Source: Eutreptiella sp. 'Long Island Sound 2002'
Taxonomy: Eukaryota > Protista > Euglenida
Assembly (NCBI GenBank): GCA_964036045.1
Contig: OZ038378.1
Location: forward strand, 182,962,001 to 183,026,000
Length of the DNA: 64,000 nt
Direction of reading: 5' to 3'
This document shows positions 24,001-35,099 of this stretch, in pieces. The notes under the pieces were generated by a model, which made no database searches, was not told the DNA's origin, and saw only the letters and a program-made list of their open reading frames with translations. Numbering within the stretch: the stretch's first letter is position 1; the number at the start of each line of letters is the position of its first letter. Position numbers and translations under genes: made by a program.

Positions 24001-27000
24001 CGAGGGCTATCAACGATGGAAGGTGCCGTACACCAGGCGGTACCGCATCGAAGCGCACAGGGCTGCCAGCCACCCGCAACGGTGCAATGAGGTCTGCGAT
24101 TATTTCTGGCACGCGGGCAATGGCGCGATCGTGCACGCGCGGCGACTTTCAGCCGCAAGCCGGCCGGTGTCTGCTTATTCTCGTCGGCCAACACCCGTTC
24201 AAGGCTACTGGTCCATTGCAAACCTGGGGGGGGGGGGCCTCCAAGCCTGTCCAAACAAGGGGGTGGGGGGTGTAACAAATAGGCTCAAAGGGCCAAGCTA
24301 GCAAATCATCTCGAAGAGAGGTTGTTAGACCAAGCACAGGTGCAGGCGTCGTATACCCCCTCTTTTTTGGGTTCGTTCGCATAGCATACCCCCATTATGG
24401 TTTCTGACGTCTAACCCCTTGTAAAATCCTCATTTTAGGACCAAAAATGATCCCCCAATTATTTTTTGGATTTTTACCCTCCTACAACCCCCTACCCGCG
24501 TACTCCTTTTTGGGGGGGGGGGTCGTGGGGGGGGGGGTTAAAAACTTTTTTGCGTATTATGGCCGTTGTGTGTGTTTTTGACCTGGGTCCCAAAGAACTT
24601 TTTTCCAGAATATGGACCCCCAAACCCATGGCCATCGGATATTTTATCATTTTGAATGTTGAATGGTTAGAATATAAATAAAGTCAGTTTTGGAAATCAC
24701 CTCGCAGAGGTTGTTAGATCAAAGCCACGCATGCCTGTATACAAGGGAAAACGCCACATACCCCCCCATTTTGGGCCTTTTTGGGCCTATTTGCGTACCC
24801 TACCTCAAGGGGTTGAATCGTGTGTTTAACCCCTTGTAAAATCATTATTTTGTCCAATAAATGCATCCCCCAATGAGTTTTTGGTCCGGACCCCCCTAGA
24901 CCCCCCCACCTGAAGCCCACTTGTTTGGGGTTTTGAGGGACGTGGGGGGGATGAGGGGGGGGGATGACCCCCCCCTTTTTTGGGGTCGAAAATCATGAAT
25001 CTTTTGGTTTTTTTCGATTTTGAGCCGAAAAAGTGTTTCCGGGTCCCGAATCCATGGGGTTTGTATGGGGCGGAGTGGGATGAGCACTGATGCAGTTTAT
25101 GCATTTTTCGGCCATTTTTGCTATGTTGGCAGTTTTGGCGGCCTTGGTGAACCCATGGTACCCACTATGAGGGGTGTGAGTGGGGATGTTGTGACAGTAT
25201 ATGCCTACTAGGGTACGAAAGGACGTTTTTTGCAGTCTCTAGCCTTGCCGAGGGCCGGTCAAACCCCGTGCCAAAGACGTGAAATGACAGTTTCCACCAA
25301 TAATGGCCTACATGAGTGAATGGGCCGGTGCACAACCTGCTTGTGTAGTTTTTCACCATGGGAAGCTCAAAAATCAAGTTTTCGAAACTTAGTTTTTTGA
25401 TATTGTGATCACCTAAAATGACCATCCAAGGTATGTCATGTCATGTCATGTCATGGAGCGCTAGAGCCATCGTCCGCTGGTCCACCCAGTGGGCGTCCAT
25501 CGGCAGAACGTCTAGCCGTCACACACACACGCACTCCGATGGAATGGGCCCCAGGTGAGGGGGGGCCGAGAGCACCATGCATGGCGCGAAGGAGAGAGGT
25601 ACCCGGACCAAGCTAGGCCCACCACGGGCATGCGAGCGGACGCTCAAAAACACCAGTCCCGCCGACAGGCCCCAGCTTTTTGGGTACTGGTGGGTTTCAC
25701 CTTAAATGGAATGGGCCCCAGGTGAGGGGGGGCTGAGAGCACCATGCATGGCCCGAAGGAGAGAGGCGCCCGGACCAAGCTAGGCCCACCACGGGCATGC
25801 GAGCGGACGCTCAAAGACACCAGTTCCGCCGACAGGCCCCGGCTTTCTGGGAACTGGTGGGTTCCACCTTAGACGGTCGACGCGCGCACTCGAGGCACAC
25901 TTGGTGAGGCAGTGGTGCGTCTGCCCCTCGCAGGCTGCACCGCTGACCCCGGGGGGTGCCCAGGGTGGGTGGCGGCGTCGTCGGCCGGCCTAACTTGGTT
26001 AAGAGAGGACTCTTCCTGGCGATGCCACTGTCATCGAGACCTAGGACCTCCCACCCGGTGGCGAGAGACACAATAACCGCGCGCTGCGGGAGCAACAATG
26101 TTTCTAGGGGCAGGGCCTCAGTCAGTTAAAATGCACCATGTCCTCATTCTGCCGCAGCTCTGCCACCACGTTAGCGTGGTGTGCCACCATCCAGATGTGG
26201 GAAAGGCCAAGTCCATCGGATAGAACGGGACTGTTGGGGCATTTTGACTGTTGGGGTTCATTGGGCTGCTGCGTTGACCAGCGCTGCACCGCTGGACGGG
26301 TCGAATCTGCACGATTCGTAACGGTAAATCAGACCTCAACAGGCATTTTAGATTCAATAGGAGAATCAATTGTAGCCGCATCTGCGTTGTGGGACTGCTT
26401 TGAAACTCGCATTGTCAGCTTCACCTCGGGATTGGTCCGACAACCATGCCGTGTTGCATTGGTCACTGCGTGGTCCAGGATAACGTCGCACGCCATGGGA
26501 TCCAGCATCACCACATGAAGGGGGCATTCAAATTCGACGTCTCTGCCCCTCACAAAGTCTGCCGCAAACTCGTGAAGATTGACAACCTCCGGCTCTGATT
26601 CGTATTGTCCGGCCACCATCCTCAGCATCGCTTCGCGCAATTTGCACCACCACATCCCTTTGAAGAGGCCGTCAGAGGCTTTTGAAAGGAGATCGACTGA
26701 GGGCGAACGTCCTAGACCTCATGAACGCCAACTCTGCGGTCTCAATGCCACGAAATCCTGGTGGCTTGACATTGGAATTGAAAGATCCATCGCATTCGTT
26801 TGGGGTCACGGCGAAAAACCTCGGGTAAGACGATGTGCTTGGTGCCCTGGACTTGCCCTTTGACTGCACGGACACCCATGTTGCGATACTTCGGGCCCCG
26901 TCCGAAAAGGTGCTAGACTTGTACGCCACCGAATGCACAGACAGACCCCCCTGGGTCTGGCATGCTGTATGCACCCATCGTGGAACTACCAGGGCTTCGG

Positions 27001-30000
27001 GATACATGTGAGAACCGCGAGGAACAAGCATCGTGTGCTTTGGACATCCCTCGTCTCTTGGACTGCTCGGAGTTGCTTCGTGCCCCATCCGGGCCATGGT
27101 AACAATCCCCCAAGACAGAGGACCTACTTGAAGGGGCTGGAGAAGCTGAGCTTGGATTTACTGGGCGGACTTTCGGGGAAGATCTGCCTAGGGCCTTGAA
27201 TGGGGAGCGAGATTCTGATGGAGTGTCCCACGGGTGCACTGCGGATGCAATGAGAGTCGCACCCTCCTCAGCGGTGGCAACGTATCTCTCTTTCGAAAGG
27301 GACACCCGTAGGCTCGGAGTCCCCGGTAAATTGACAGAACCCAGCACTGGTGCAAAAGCAGAAGTCAGGGACGAAACCACGCTACTGCGGGGCTCGCTAG
27401 TGCGGGCCTCGCTACTTCGGAGCTCATCCAGGACCATCGGAGAATGTCGTCGAGCGGGATCAACATTCGTTGTTCTGAAATCAAGGAACCCTTGGGCCTC
27501 TTGGACCTAAAAAAAAAAATGTCCGAGTAACATGGGACATAGACAGTTCCCGTGATCAGCAAGGTCGTCCTGCAGGCAACAAGCATCGACAGCAGGTGGC
27601 GGAGTTCAAGATGCTGGGGGCTCCTGTGGCAGCGACACGGGGAACACGAGGAGCATAGCGGCAGCACAGCCTGTTTTGTTCTTGTAGTCGTTCCCGGCTG
27701 TGCCCGAGCTGCTACTGCAGGCACACGCGGCTGCGTCGCTTGTTTTGCGAAAGCAGAGTCAAGGGTGGGGTGGGGGGGGGGGGGGGGCAAAGCTGTGGCA
27801 GACCGCCTCGCTCAGTTGACACCCCATTTCCCATCCCCATTCTGCCCGTGGTTGGTGCTGTGAAAAAACTGATAGGGCTTGTTTGTCGCAGCCCAAAAAC
27901 GGCCTGGTGGAGCAGTGTGCCAGCTGGGGTCAGGTGGCACTGCAGATTGAGCCCTGGGACCATGAGTAGGTCCCCCGGGTGGGCTGTCGGCTGGTCGGGG
28001 CATGTCGGCCCAGAGCGTGCCTATGGACTGGCCTCCGCGCCGTTAGGGGGGCGAGGAGGGGGGGGGGGGGCTGGGGAGGGGGCGTTTGCATTTCACCCAG
28101 GACCGGACTGGGCTGACGCACGACACCGTTAGCACCCCTGCCACAGGCAGGGGCCCAGGCCTTGTCGTGTGGGGCTCCGCACCTGGTCACCATCCCTGGG
28201 TGGGTGGCTAGCTCGGCATCCAAGGTATGTAAAGCATGTTTTAGGCCGTATTTATTTCGTTTTCACCTTATTTGGGTATTGGGCGCGCGGGGGGGGGGGG
28301 GGTCTCCCAAGTGATTGGTACACAACCTGCTTTCCACCAATAATGGCCTACATGAGTGAATGGGCCGGTGCACAACCTGCTTGTGCCGTTTTTCACCATG
28401 GGCACCTACAAAATCGAAGTTTCTGAAACTCATTTTTTTGATACCGTGATCACCTAAAATGATTATCTAAGGTATGTAAAGCATGTTTTATGCAGTATTT
28501 ATGTGTTTTTCACCCTATTTGGGTATTGGGCGCGGGGGGGCGGGGCACCCAAGGGATTGGTACACAACCTGCTTATGCAGTTTTCCACCCTGGGCAGCTC
28601 AAAAATCGAAGTTTCTGAAACTTATTTTTTTGATACTGTGGTCACCGAAAAATGACCATCCAAGCATGTTTTAGCCCGTATTTATGTAGTTTTTACCCTA
28701 TTTTGGGTATGTATTGCTTGGGGTAGATTCTCTGCGAGGTGGACTTGCTGAAGGCAATAGAATTTCCATTTTTTAAGCTGCAGAGGCTAGAAACTGCATA
28801 CATAGGTTGTTCCCCAACCCCCTTGGGAGCCCCCCCCCCCCCCAAACACTCAAATAGGGTGAAAAACACACAAAGAGAGCATTCGTCTTATAGCGTCCAC
28901 TGGCCTATATACAGAGGTCGAGGGGCGGGGAGGTGGGCCGAGTCGAGTTCAGGCGCCCGTGTCCTCCCCTACAGGCCCCCCGCCTGTGCCCGCACGGTGG
29001 CCAGGAGGGACGAGGCGGTCATGACTAAGTCACTTCCGAGCTCGCCCTCCCGTGCAGCCGCCGCCGCGGCGCTCTTGCCCTCCGGGCTGGGTTCCCCGGC
29101 GCCCCGGAGGACGCGCCCGTCAATGGGGGGCTGCTGCTGGCCGCCCCCCGCCGCTTCACCCCTCCACCCTGGGCCAGCCACAGGCCGAGGCCCTGCTGCG
29201 CGCCCTTGTACCCTGCCTGGGGTGAGTCGGTCACCCCGTGTCCCCTCATCACTCCATGCCCCTCCGGGGCCGGCCACAGGCCAAGGCCCTATACCACCTC
29301 TTTCTCCCTCTTTTGGAGTAAGGGGGGGGGGGGCTATGCGCACTCACCTTGGGGAGGGGGTGATTGTGGTCCCCCATCCCCCCTGGCCCCTCTGGGGATG
29401 CCCCTCCGTTGGGGCACCGTGCTGCCGACAGGGGATGGTCTTGTCCTTTCCCTACCGTCAATTGGGGGCGGGGGTCGGGGTACCCAAACCCTCCCCCCTC
29501 CCAGCACTCTGCTTGTCCCTGTCCCAGGGTTAGGTTAGGGGAGGGGCGTGGAGGCAGCCCTTAGGGCCTCTCCAGCACAAGGCCCTCGTCCTCTGGCAGC
29601 GCTTCGCCATTGAGCAATGCACTAGTCGGGCGGGCGGCAAGGCCCGCAGGCAGCGCACCGGCAACGGCATGCAAGATTGGCAGCACTGGTGGCTGCGAAG
29701 GTAGCGCCGTCGCCGCTACCCCCCTCCTGTTCCCCCGGGGCCTGGGGGGCAGGGGGCTGTCATCTGGGCAATGGAGGGGAGGGGTGGAGCCCCACCCCTC
29801 CCTACGACATACAAGAGCTGTCCCCCAGGGCGCCGCACAGGGCTTGCGTCCCGGGGGAGGGTTAGCGTATAAATCGATGGGGGAGGGGGGGGCAGCACAG
29901 CGCAGCCCCTGCTCCCAAAAACCGTGCAGCAGCAGCTCCCGCACTGCATCTTGCAGTTCTTGGATGCACCTGCCGGTGCATTCCTCCTCGTCCTGGAGGA

Positions 30001-33000
30001 CCCCAAACTGGGGGATGGGGTGTTCTGGTTTCTGCACCCCCTCCCCCCCCCCCTGGATACCTCCTGTTCGGTGCTGCCCCGTCCGCCAGGACTGGTGGCC
30101 TGGGCACTATGGCTGGTGCCACCACTGCCGCCAGACTTGATGGTCTAGACGCCATTGCTGGCGCTACCACTACTGGCGCCGCTACTTCCGCCAGACCTGG
30201 TGGTCTGGACCCACTGCCCGAGCTGCAACGTCCGCCAGACCGGGCGGTCTGGACATCACTGCTGGTGCTGCCACTTCCGCTAGACCTCGTGGTCTGGATG
30301 CCACTGCCGGTGCTGCCACCTCCGCCAGACCTGGTCTGGACGCCATTGCTGGTGCTGCCAGACCTGGTGGTCTGGACGTAACTGTTGGTGCTGCCGCTTC
30401 CGTCAAACCTAGTGGCTTGGACGCCACTACTGGACGCCACTACTGGCGCTGCCACTTCCGCCAGACGTGGTGGTCTGGACGCCACTACCGGTGTGCCAGT
30501 GCTGTAGCTTCCGCCAGACCTAGTGGCCTGGACGCCACTGCTGGTGCTGCCACTTCCGCCAGAGCTGGTGGTCCGGACGTCACTGCTGGTGCTGCCACTT
30601 CCGTCAGACCTGGTGGTCTGGACGCCACTACTGGCGCTGCCACTTCCGCCACTTCCTCCAGACCTGGTGGTCTAGACGCCACTGCTGGTACTGCCAACTC
30701 CGTCAGACCTGTTGGTGTGGACGCCACTGCCGGTGCAGCCACCTGTGCCAGACTTGGTGGTCTAGACGCCACTACTGGCGCTACTGGCGCTCCCGGCTTC
30801 GCTAGACCTGGTGGTCTGGACGCCACTGCTGGTGCTGCCACTTCCGCTAGAGCGAGTGGTCTGGACGCCACGGCCGGTGTTGTAACATCCGGACCCCCCG
30901 CCCCCCGAAGTCGACGTTGACGGCGGCACAGGGGCAGCCTCACTGTTGCCGCCACTGCCCTCGAATCTGGCTCCGCTAGCGCTAGCGCCAGAGCTGGGCG
31001 TCACCCGTAGGGTTAAGGGTGGGTCAGGGGGAAGGCCACACTTGGATTTATGGATGGCGCCCAAGCGAGGCGCGGGTGGGAAGCTAGGGCCACAGCAAGG
31101 GGTTAGACTGCCGCCGCCGCCTGACGCCATCTGGGCCCTGGGTGCGCCACTGACGGAGGGGCTGAAGCCCCCAGAGTGCCCAGGGATGCCGCGCTCCTCC
31201 ACGGCGCCCACCTGGGCTATGGCCGTATAGACAGCCTCCGGGTGGGGGGGCAGGTCGGCCCCCGGGCCCCCGAGGGGCATGTGCACCGCGTTTCCCACAA
31301 TGTCTGCGCAATATGCAACCCGCTGGCTGCCCCAGAGAGCTGCTGCGCCCAGCCCTGCGGCCTTCTCTGCTGCTGCATCGTCAGTGTCCATGAGGTCGGC
31401 CCACGACCGCCGGGCAGAGCCTGTGGGGCTAGGGTGCTAGGGGATGCATCCCCTCCAGCCTCCGGTGTCCCAGAAGCCTCCTGACGGCCGCCCGAGGAAC
31501 CAGCAACCAGTATGGCCGCCAACGCGGCCAGCACGGCCGCTATCTTGGCGGCGCTGGGCCGCCGCTGCGCGACGCTGGCGGCGGCTTGCGGTTGTCGGCA
31601 CCATTGGCGATGCCGGGACGGTCGTCATCGTGGGGGGCAGGGAGGGCCAGCGGGCGTCCCCCTCCTCCCACAGGGTACCCTGACATACCTGACCGGCTAC
31701 GGGCGGCGGCAGCGGCGGCGGCGCCTGCGCCGCCACATTGTTGACGCCCCGATGGGGGAGCAGGACCGCCCCCTGGTACCCCATGATGCCCAGGGGGTCC
31801 GTCCCCGGGCAAGCGAGGTGCACATCCTCGTCGACACCCCGCTTGTATTGTAAGCGGCGAGCGTCCGGCCTGGCATGAGCGAGAAGGGTGTGCCCCCATT
31901 CATGAGCCAACCCCCCCCCAGGGTCCTCCCAATTGGTGATGTAATGAAACGGTGCCAAGGGAGCTCCCCCTTCATGGAGGGCCCCCCGCGGCAGAGACAT
32001 GGTGATTGCGGCTTGGCTAAGGCAGCCTCGCCATGTGAGAGGCTTGAAAAACACACAAAGAGAGTCTAAAACATGCTTTACATGGGATATTTTGGTATTG
32101 TGAATGGTCAGGACATCAAGAAAATTTTGAAAAATTTTTCATCTTTCAACTTTATAGGGCTTCAGCTCTTGGGGCTGGGCTCACCAACATGACCCCACAC
32201 TCTACCATTCCACATTCTACACACATTTGACAGATCATAGCTCACACACATAATGCCCCCTAGTTGGCGCTGCACCCACTGATGCAAACCACCTACCCCT
32301 ATTTTTTTTGTGGGGGGCGGGGGGGCTGCCTCTTTCCTATGCACCCTAACCAAAACAATCCTTGGAGGCAAAATGGTTGCAGAGAACTTTCCAATTGGTG
32401 CAGAGAAAACTTCGCGACAATTGAAAATTGTGGTACAAAATACCCGTGATTCAGAATCCCCCCATCCCCCCTCCAAACACCCAAATAGGTAAAAAACACA
32501 TAAAGAGGGTCTAAAACATGGCGGGGTCCCGGGTCCCAAATCTGGGTACCTCCAGTCAACTCCCCCCATATGTCCCCTTGCCAGTGAGGACTCAACTGTT
32601 TTCACGCTAGTTAGGCTGTTTAGTTGCACCTGAAAATATTTCAAAATTCGACTTTTTATGAAACCCTTCCGTTGCTACTAGGATGGGTTTGGATGATCAT
32701 TTGGTAACAGTGCGGGTACTTGAGCACCCATAGGGACCCACATAGTGGCCGCTAGGCCTCTGTAGCCCATGCCATGGGCCCCCCAAAAGCCCCAAAATTG
32801 TTGTTGCGTAGGCTGTTGAGTGACGCTTGAAACAATTTCAAATTCCGACTTTTTCCAAAACCCATCTGTTGCCTCTAGGATGGGTTTGGGTGATCATTTG
32901 GTGACAATACGGGTACTTGAGCACCCATGGGGACCCATGTAGTGGCCGCTAGCCCGAGCCACGGGCCCCCCAAAAGCTTCAAAATTGCTGTTTGTAGGTG

Positions 33001-33826
33001 GTTTAGTGGCATTTGGTGTGTGCACAAGCACACAAGCAGTAAGGGGTTGGGATGTTGGGAAACAGGCTGGGATGGCCCTCCCCGTGCATTTGAGGTGTAA
33101 TTCTTGGAATTTGTCTGGGGTCATTTGGTGGGCCCAGCCCCAAGAGCCCAATAAGAGGGGGAGGGGTGTGGGAAAAAGGCTTGAAGGCCCCCCCCACCCG
33201 GAGTTGCAATGGATCCCGGGCCCAACCCGGTCAACAGTTTCAGCGGTGGTGGCAGTGGAACTGTTGTGATAATAGGCGCCGATCTCCGAACGGCAGAGCC
33301 CATTCTGGTTGCCGGGGGGGGTGGATCTTGGCGGACCTTCTATTCAGAAATGGGGGACCCCACTCTCTGTCACGCGACAATTGAGAGGACGGGTGTCAAC
33401 GGGGGTTTCGGACTTCCAGGTGGCCCTGGCGGTGCTGGATCACGGCATCGGACCCAAAGCGATGCGGGATCGGGTGCAGCAGGTTTCTCAGGTTCCGTGA
33501 CAGATTGTTTTGATGGCATGACATCAGCGGCACAGTCGTTCCGGGACGGCGGGATTGGTGGGACGTTCAAAGGCATTCGGGCCGACTGCAATGGTGGCTT
33601 TGGTTGTGGCGGCTGTGGTGGATGGGGTGGGTCTGGCGGGGTTGGCGGCTACTCCGGCGGCTCTCCAGGGAACGACCTTACTGTGATGTCAGCAGGCGGC
33701 GGTGGTTCCTTCAACCTCGGCCTGGAGGCACGGAGGCAGGTGCTGAAGACAGGCAGGCAGCAGCGCAGCGCACTCAGAGGATTTTGGACAGGTCCATGCT
33801 GTTGCTATCACTCATTGTTTCTGTGA
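18081..33826 (+). CDS. Large cell-surface protein: signal peptide, CUB, Ser/Thr/Ala mucin stalk, EGF, CUB, EGF, CUB-like, EGF, TM, then an ALK/LTK-type glycine-rich domain. Frameshifted as assembled (possible pseudogene or assembly indels)
   Basis: CUB motifs (RSPFYPADYGNGDQCTI; RYPPNARCPWRI...FTSDASTEFSGF; PYPRGLACQWHV), EGF motifs (CVCDPGWAGALC; CHCSGHGAC...GWSGTDC), TM AVVLGGLVVVAVVGAALGVWVLRRR. Gly-rich domain FTTLGTEGHTGPT...GYQRWKVPYTRRYRIEA...LILVGQ resumes at ~33218 with GGGSGT...PILVAGGGG...GGFGCGG...GGYSGG...AGGGGSFN. About 6 frameshifts and in-frame TGAs at 20468 and 23078. Confidence 0.8.
19164..19925 (+). repeat. Internal ~230-bp duplication in the mucin stalk (19164-19392 vs 19698-19925)
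   Basis: Near-identical CTASATSSGTSSGTSSASRSASSTATLTTTPSAVTTATTTAS coding blocks, period ~534 bp. Confidence 0.9.
23464..23502 (+). other. 39-nt conventional GT-AG intron just after the TM helix
   Basis: GG|GTGAGT...cccctAG|A; removal deletes the TGA at 23465 and fuses ORFs 23159 and 23468 in frame (RRNRRG-YFCVPP). Confidence 0.85.
25540..25872. repeat. Tandem duplication of a ~167-bp unit
   Basis: atggaatgggccccaggtgagggggg...ggtgggtttcacctta occurs twice (~25540 and ~25707). Confidence 0.9.
26121..26680 (-). pseudogene. Histidine-kinase HATPase_c (catalytic) domain fragment
   Basis: VVNLHEFAADFVRGRDVEFEC...MLDPMACDVILDHAVTNATRHG (N-box-like)...FTVTNRAD...SDGLGLSHIW (G2-box-like); in-frame TGA at 26329-26331; no H-box seen. 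Confidence 0.7.
28880..32044 (-). mobile_element. 3.17-kb insertion with a 20-bp target-site duplication, carrying a frameshifted ORF with 15-aa repeats
   Basis: TGAAAAACACACAAAGAGAG at 28860-28879 and 32045-32064; empty-site-like copy at ~32485. ATG at 32000 (MSLPRGALHEGG) lies 45 nt from the element end, with protein-like pieces through 29561; no RT or transposase motif seen. Confidence 0.75.
30080..30900. repeat. ~45-bp minisatellite (gccactgctggtgctgccacttccgccagacctggtggtctggac), roughly 15-17 units
   Basis: Directly visible tandem units; the minus strand reads (PPGLAEVAAPAVASR)n. Confidence 0.9.
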
Positions 33827-35099
33827 CTATTGCTGGTGCTGGTGCTGTTCATGTTGGTGTAACTGTTCATGTTGGTGTGACTGCGGCTATGGCTATGGCT
33901 ACTGTTGTTGCTTCAGCATCCTAGAACAACAACCTCTGTGACAGCAATTGCAAACATTGCTGCATATGCATACCAAGACCCGCATGTGTGATGCACTATG
34001 TGACCTGCTTGTGGCCCTGGTAGCAATAAGTGGCCAAAAGCCTCCCGCAACCATTAGGAAGCCCCCCAGAATTTCTGGTCAGGGTGCATCGAAAAGGGGC
34101 AGCCCCCTCGCACGACGAGGGGGTAGGTGGTTTGAAATGGTGGATGCAGCGCCTTCCCTCAGGGCGGATTGCGCTGACAACCAAGCAAACCAAAACGGCG
34201 GTGATGCAGGGCGCACAGCCAGGCCTGGTATGATGTTCATCCGGTCAATTTGAAATTTAAACAAGGAAATGGCTGGTGCGCGTGAAGGCCCGCCTCGTTC
34301 TCCAATTTATTAGTGAATCTTTCGCTCATATTTATTGTGTGTAGTCGCACGGTGATCCCACTCCCATATCAAGGCTGTTCGTGGTTGTTGTGCTGGTCCT
34401 CCTCTCCTTCGTCCCCGGGAAAAAGGCTTTTTCTACTCGGAGGTTTTCATCTTTCCAGCCCATTCTGAGGCGTCCTTGATTAGGTGTCCGCGGCAGACAT
34501 CGTGTGGCATTGGAAGGTGAACTTGAATGCGCTTTTCAGAGGATCTTGTCATGAACTGCGCAGCCTGTGTGGTCTGTGGGTGACCGTTGGTTACCTATTG
34601 GGAGCCATGGGATGTTATGAAATAAATGTATGTGAAACTGTTTTTGCACATACCCTTTTGGATCCTTTTGGCCTTGAGCCTGGGGTGCGGGAGCGGGTTC
34701 CAAACAAAAGAGGCCGGCTCTCCACAGGCACAAGTGGTCACCATTCTTCTCCCATAAGCTCTCAGTGTTCTTGATAGTCGTTGCATCAAAGGATGTAAAG
34801 TAGAGGGGATCCGTTTTGGATGACACAACACGCGCTTCACTTGTTTTGTGGGAAATGTGAACAGCCCTTGTGAGCGTATAAGTGGAATGAAAGAGGGTTT
34901 GTCTCTGCCCAACAGAAAGAACGAACAAATGAATCGCAGAGAATTCTGAAACATGAATATTTGTGTATTTCTGTCTCTTCGATTTCTGAGGAAATATGTC
35001 ACACACTATGGACACACCTGTGCAGTGCCCCATTGGTGCTGTCGCCGAAACGACACCCGAGTCACACTATAACTCGCCAGTGGGATACCCCCGGGACAC

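Larger units (their letters stand above)
25437..28216 (-). mobile_element. 2.78-kb insertion with a 14-bp target-site duplication, (CATGT)n end and gene-fragment cargo
   Basis: CATCCAAGGTATGT at 25423-25436 and 28217-28230; the uninterrupted family D sequence is visible at ~28460; (catgt)x3-4 at the left junction; weak inverted similarity between the ends. Confidence 0.75.
25130..28700. repeat. Repeat family D (ggcctacatgagtgaatgggccggtgcacaacctgc...catccaaggtatgtaaagcatgtttt), several forward copies; reverse copies at ~28830-28879/32045-32130 and ~32470-32525
   Basis: Near-identical blocks at 25290-25436, 28330-28480 and 28550-28680; reverse-complement motif aaaacatgctttacat at ~32070. Confidence 0.8.
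24210..33217 (+). other. ~9.0 kb intron with base-pairing ends (euglenid non-conventional or intermediate type)
   Basis: TCCATTGCAA (24212-24221) is the exact reverse complement of TTGCAATGGA (33204-33213), and degenerate pairing continues (gggggggcctccaagcct / aggcttgaaggcccccccc). Excising 24210-33217 (9008 nt) joins LILVGQHPFKAT|GPNPVNSFSGGG in frame. An alternative GT-AG option, 24211-33203, is also in frame. Confidence 0.75.

Noticed and set aside
33830-33920. Cys/Trp/Gly-Tyr-rich reading (CWCWCCSCWCNC...GYGYGY) after the glycine-rich domain
   Set aside because: Simple-sequence repeats (gctggt, ggctat) explain it; no support for translation.
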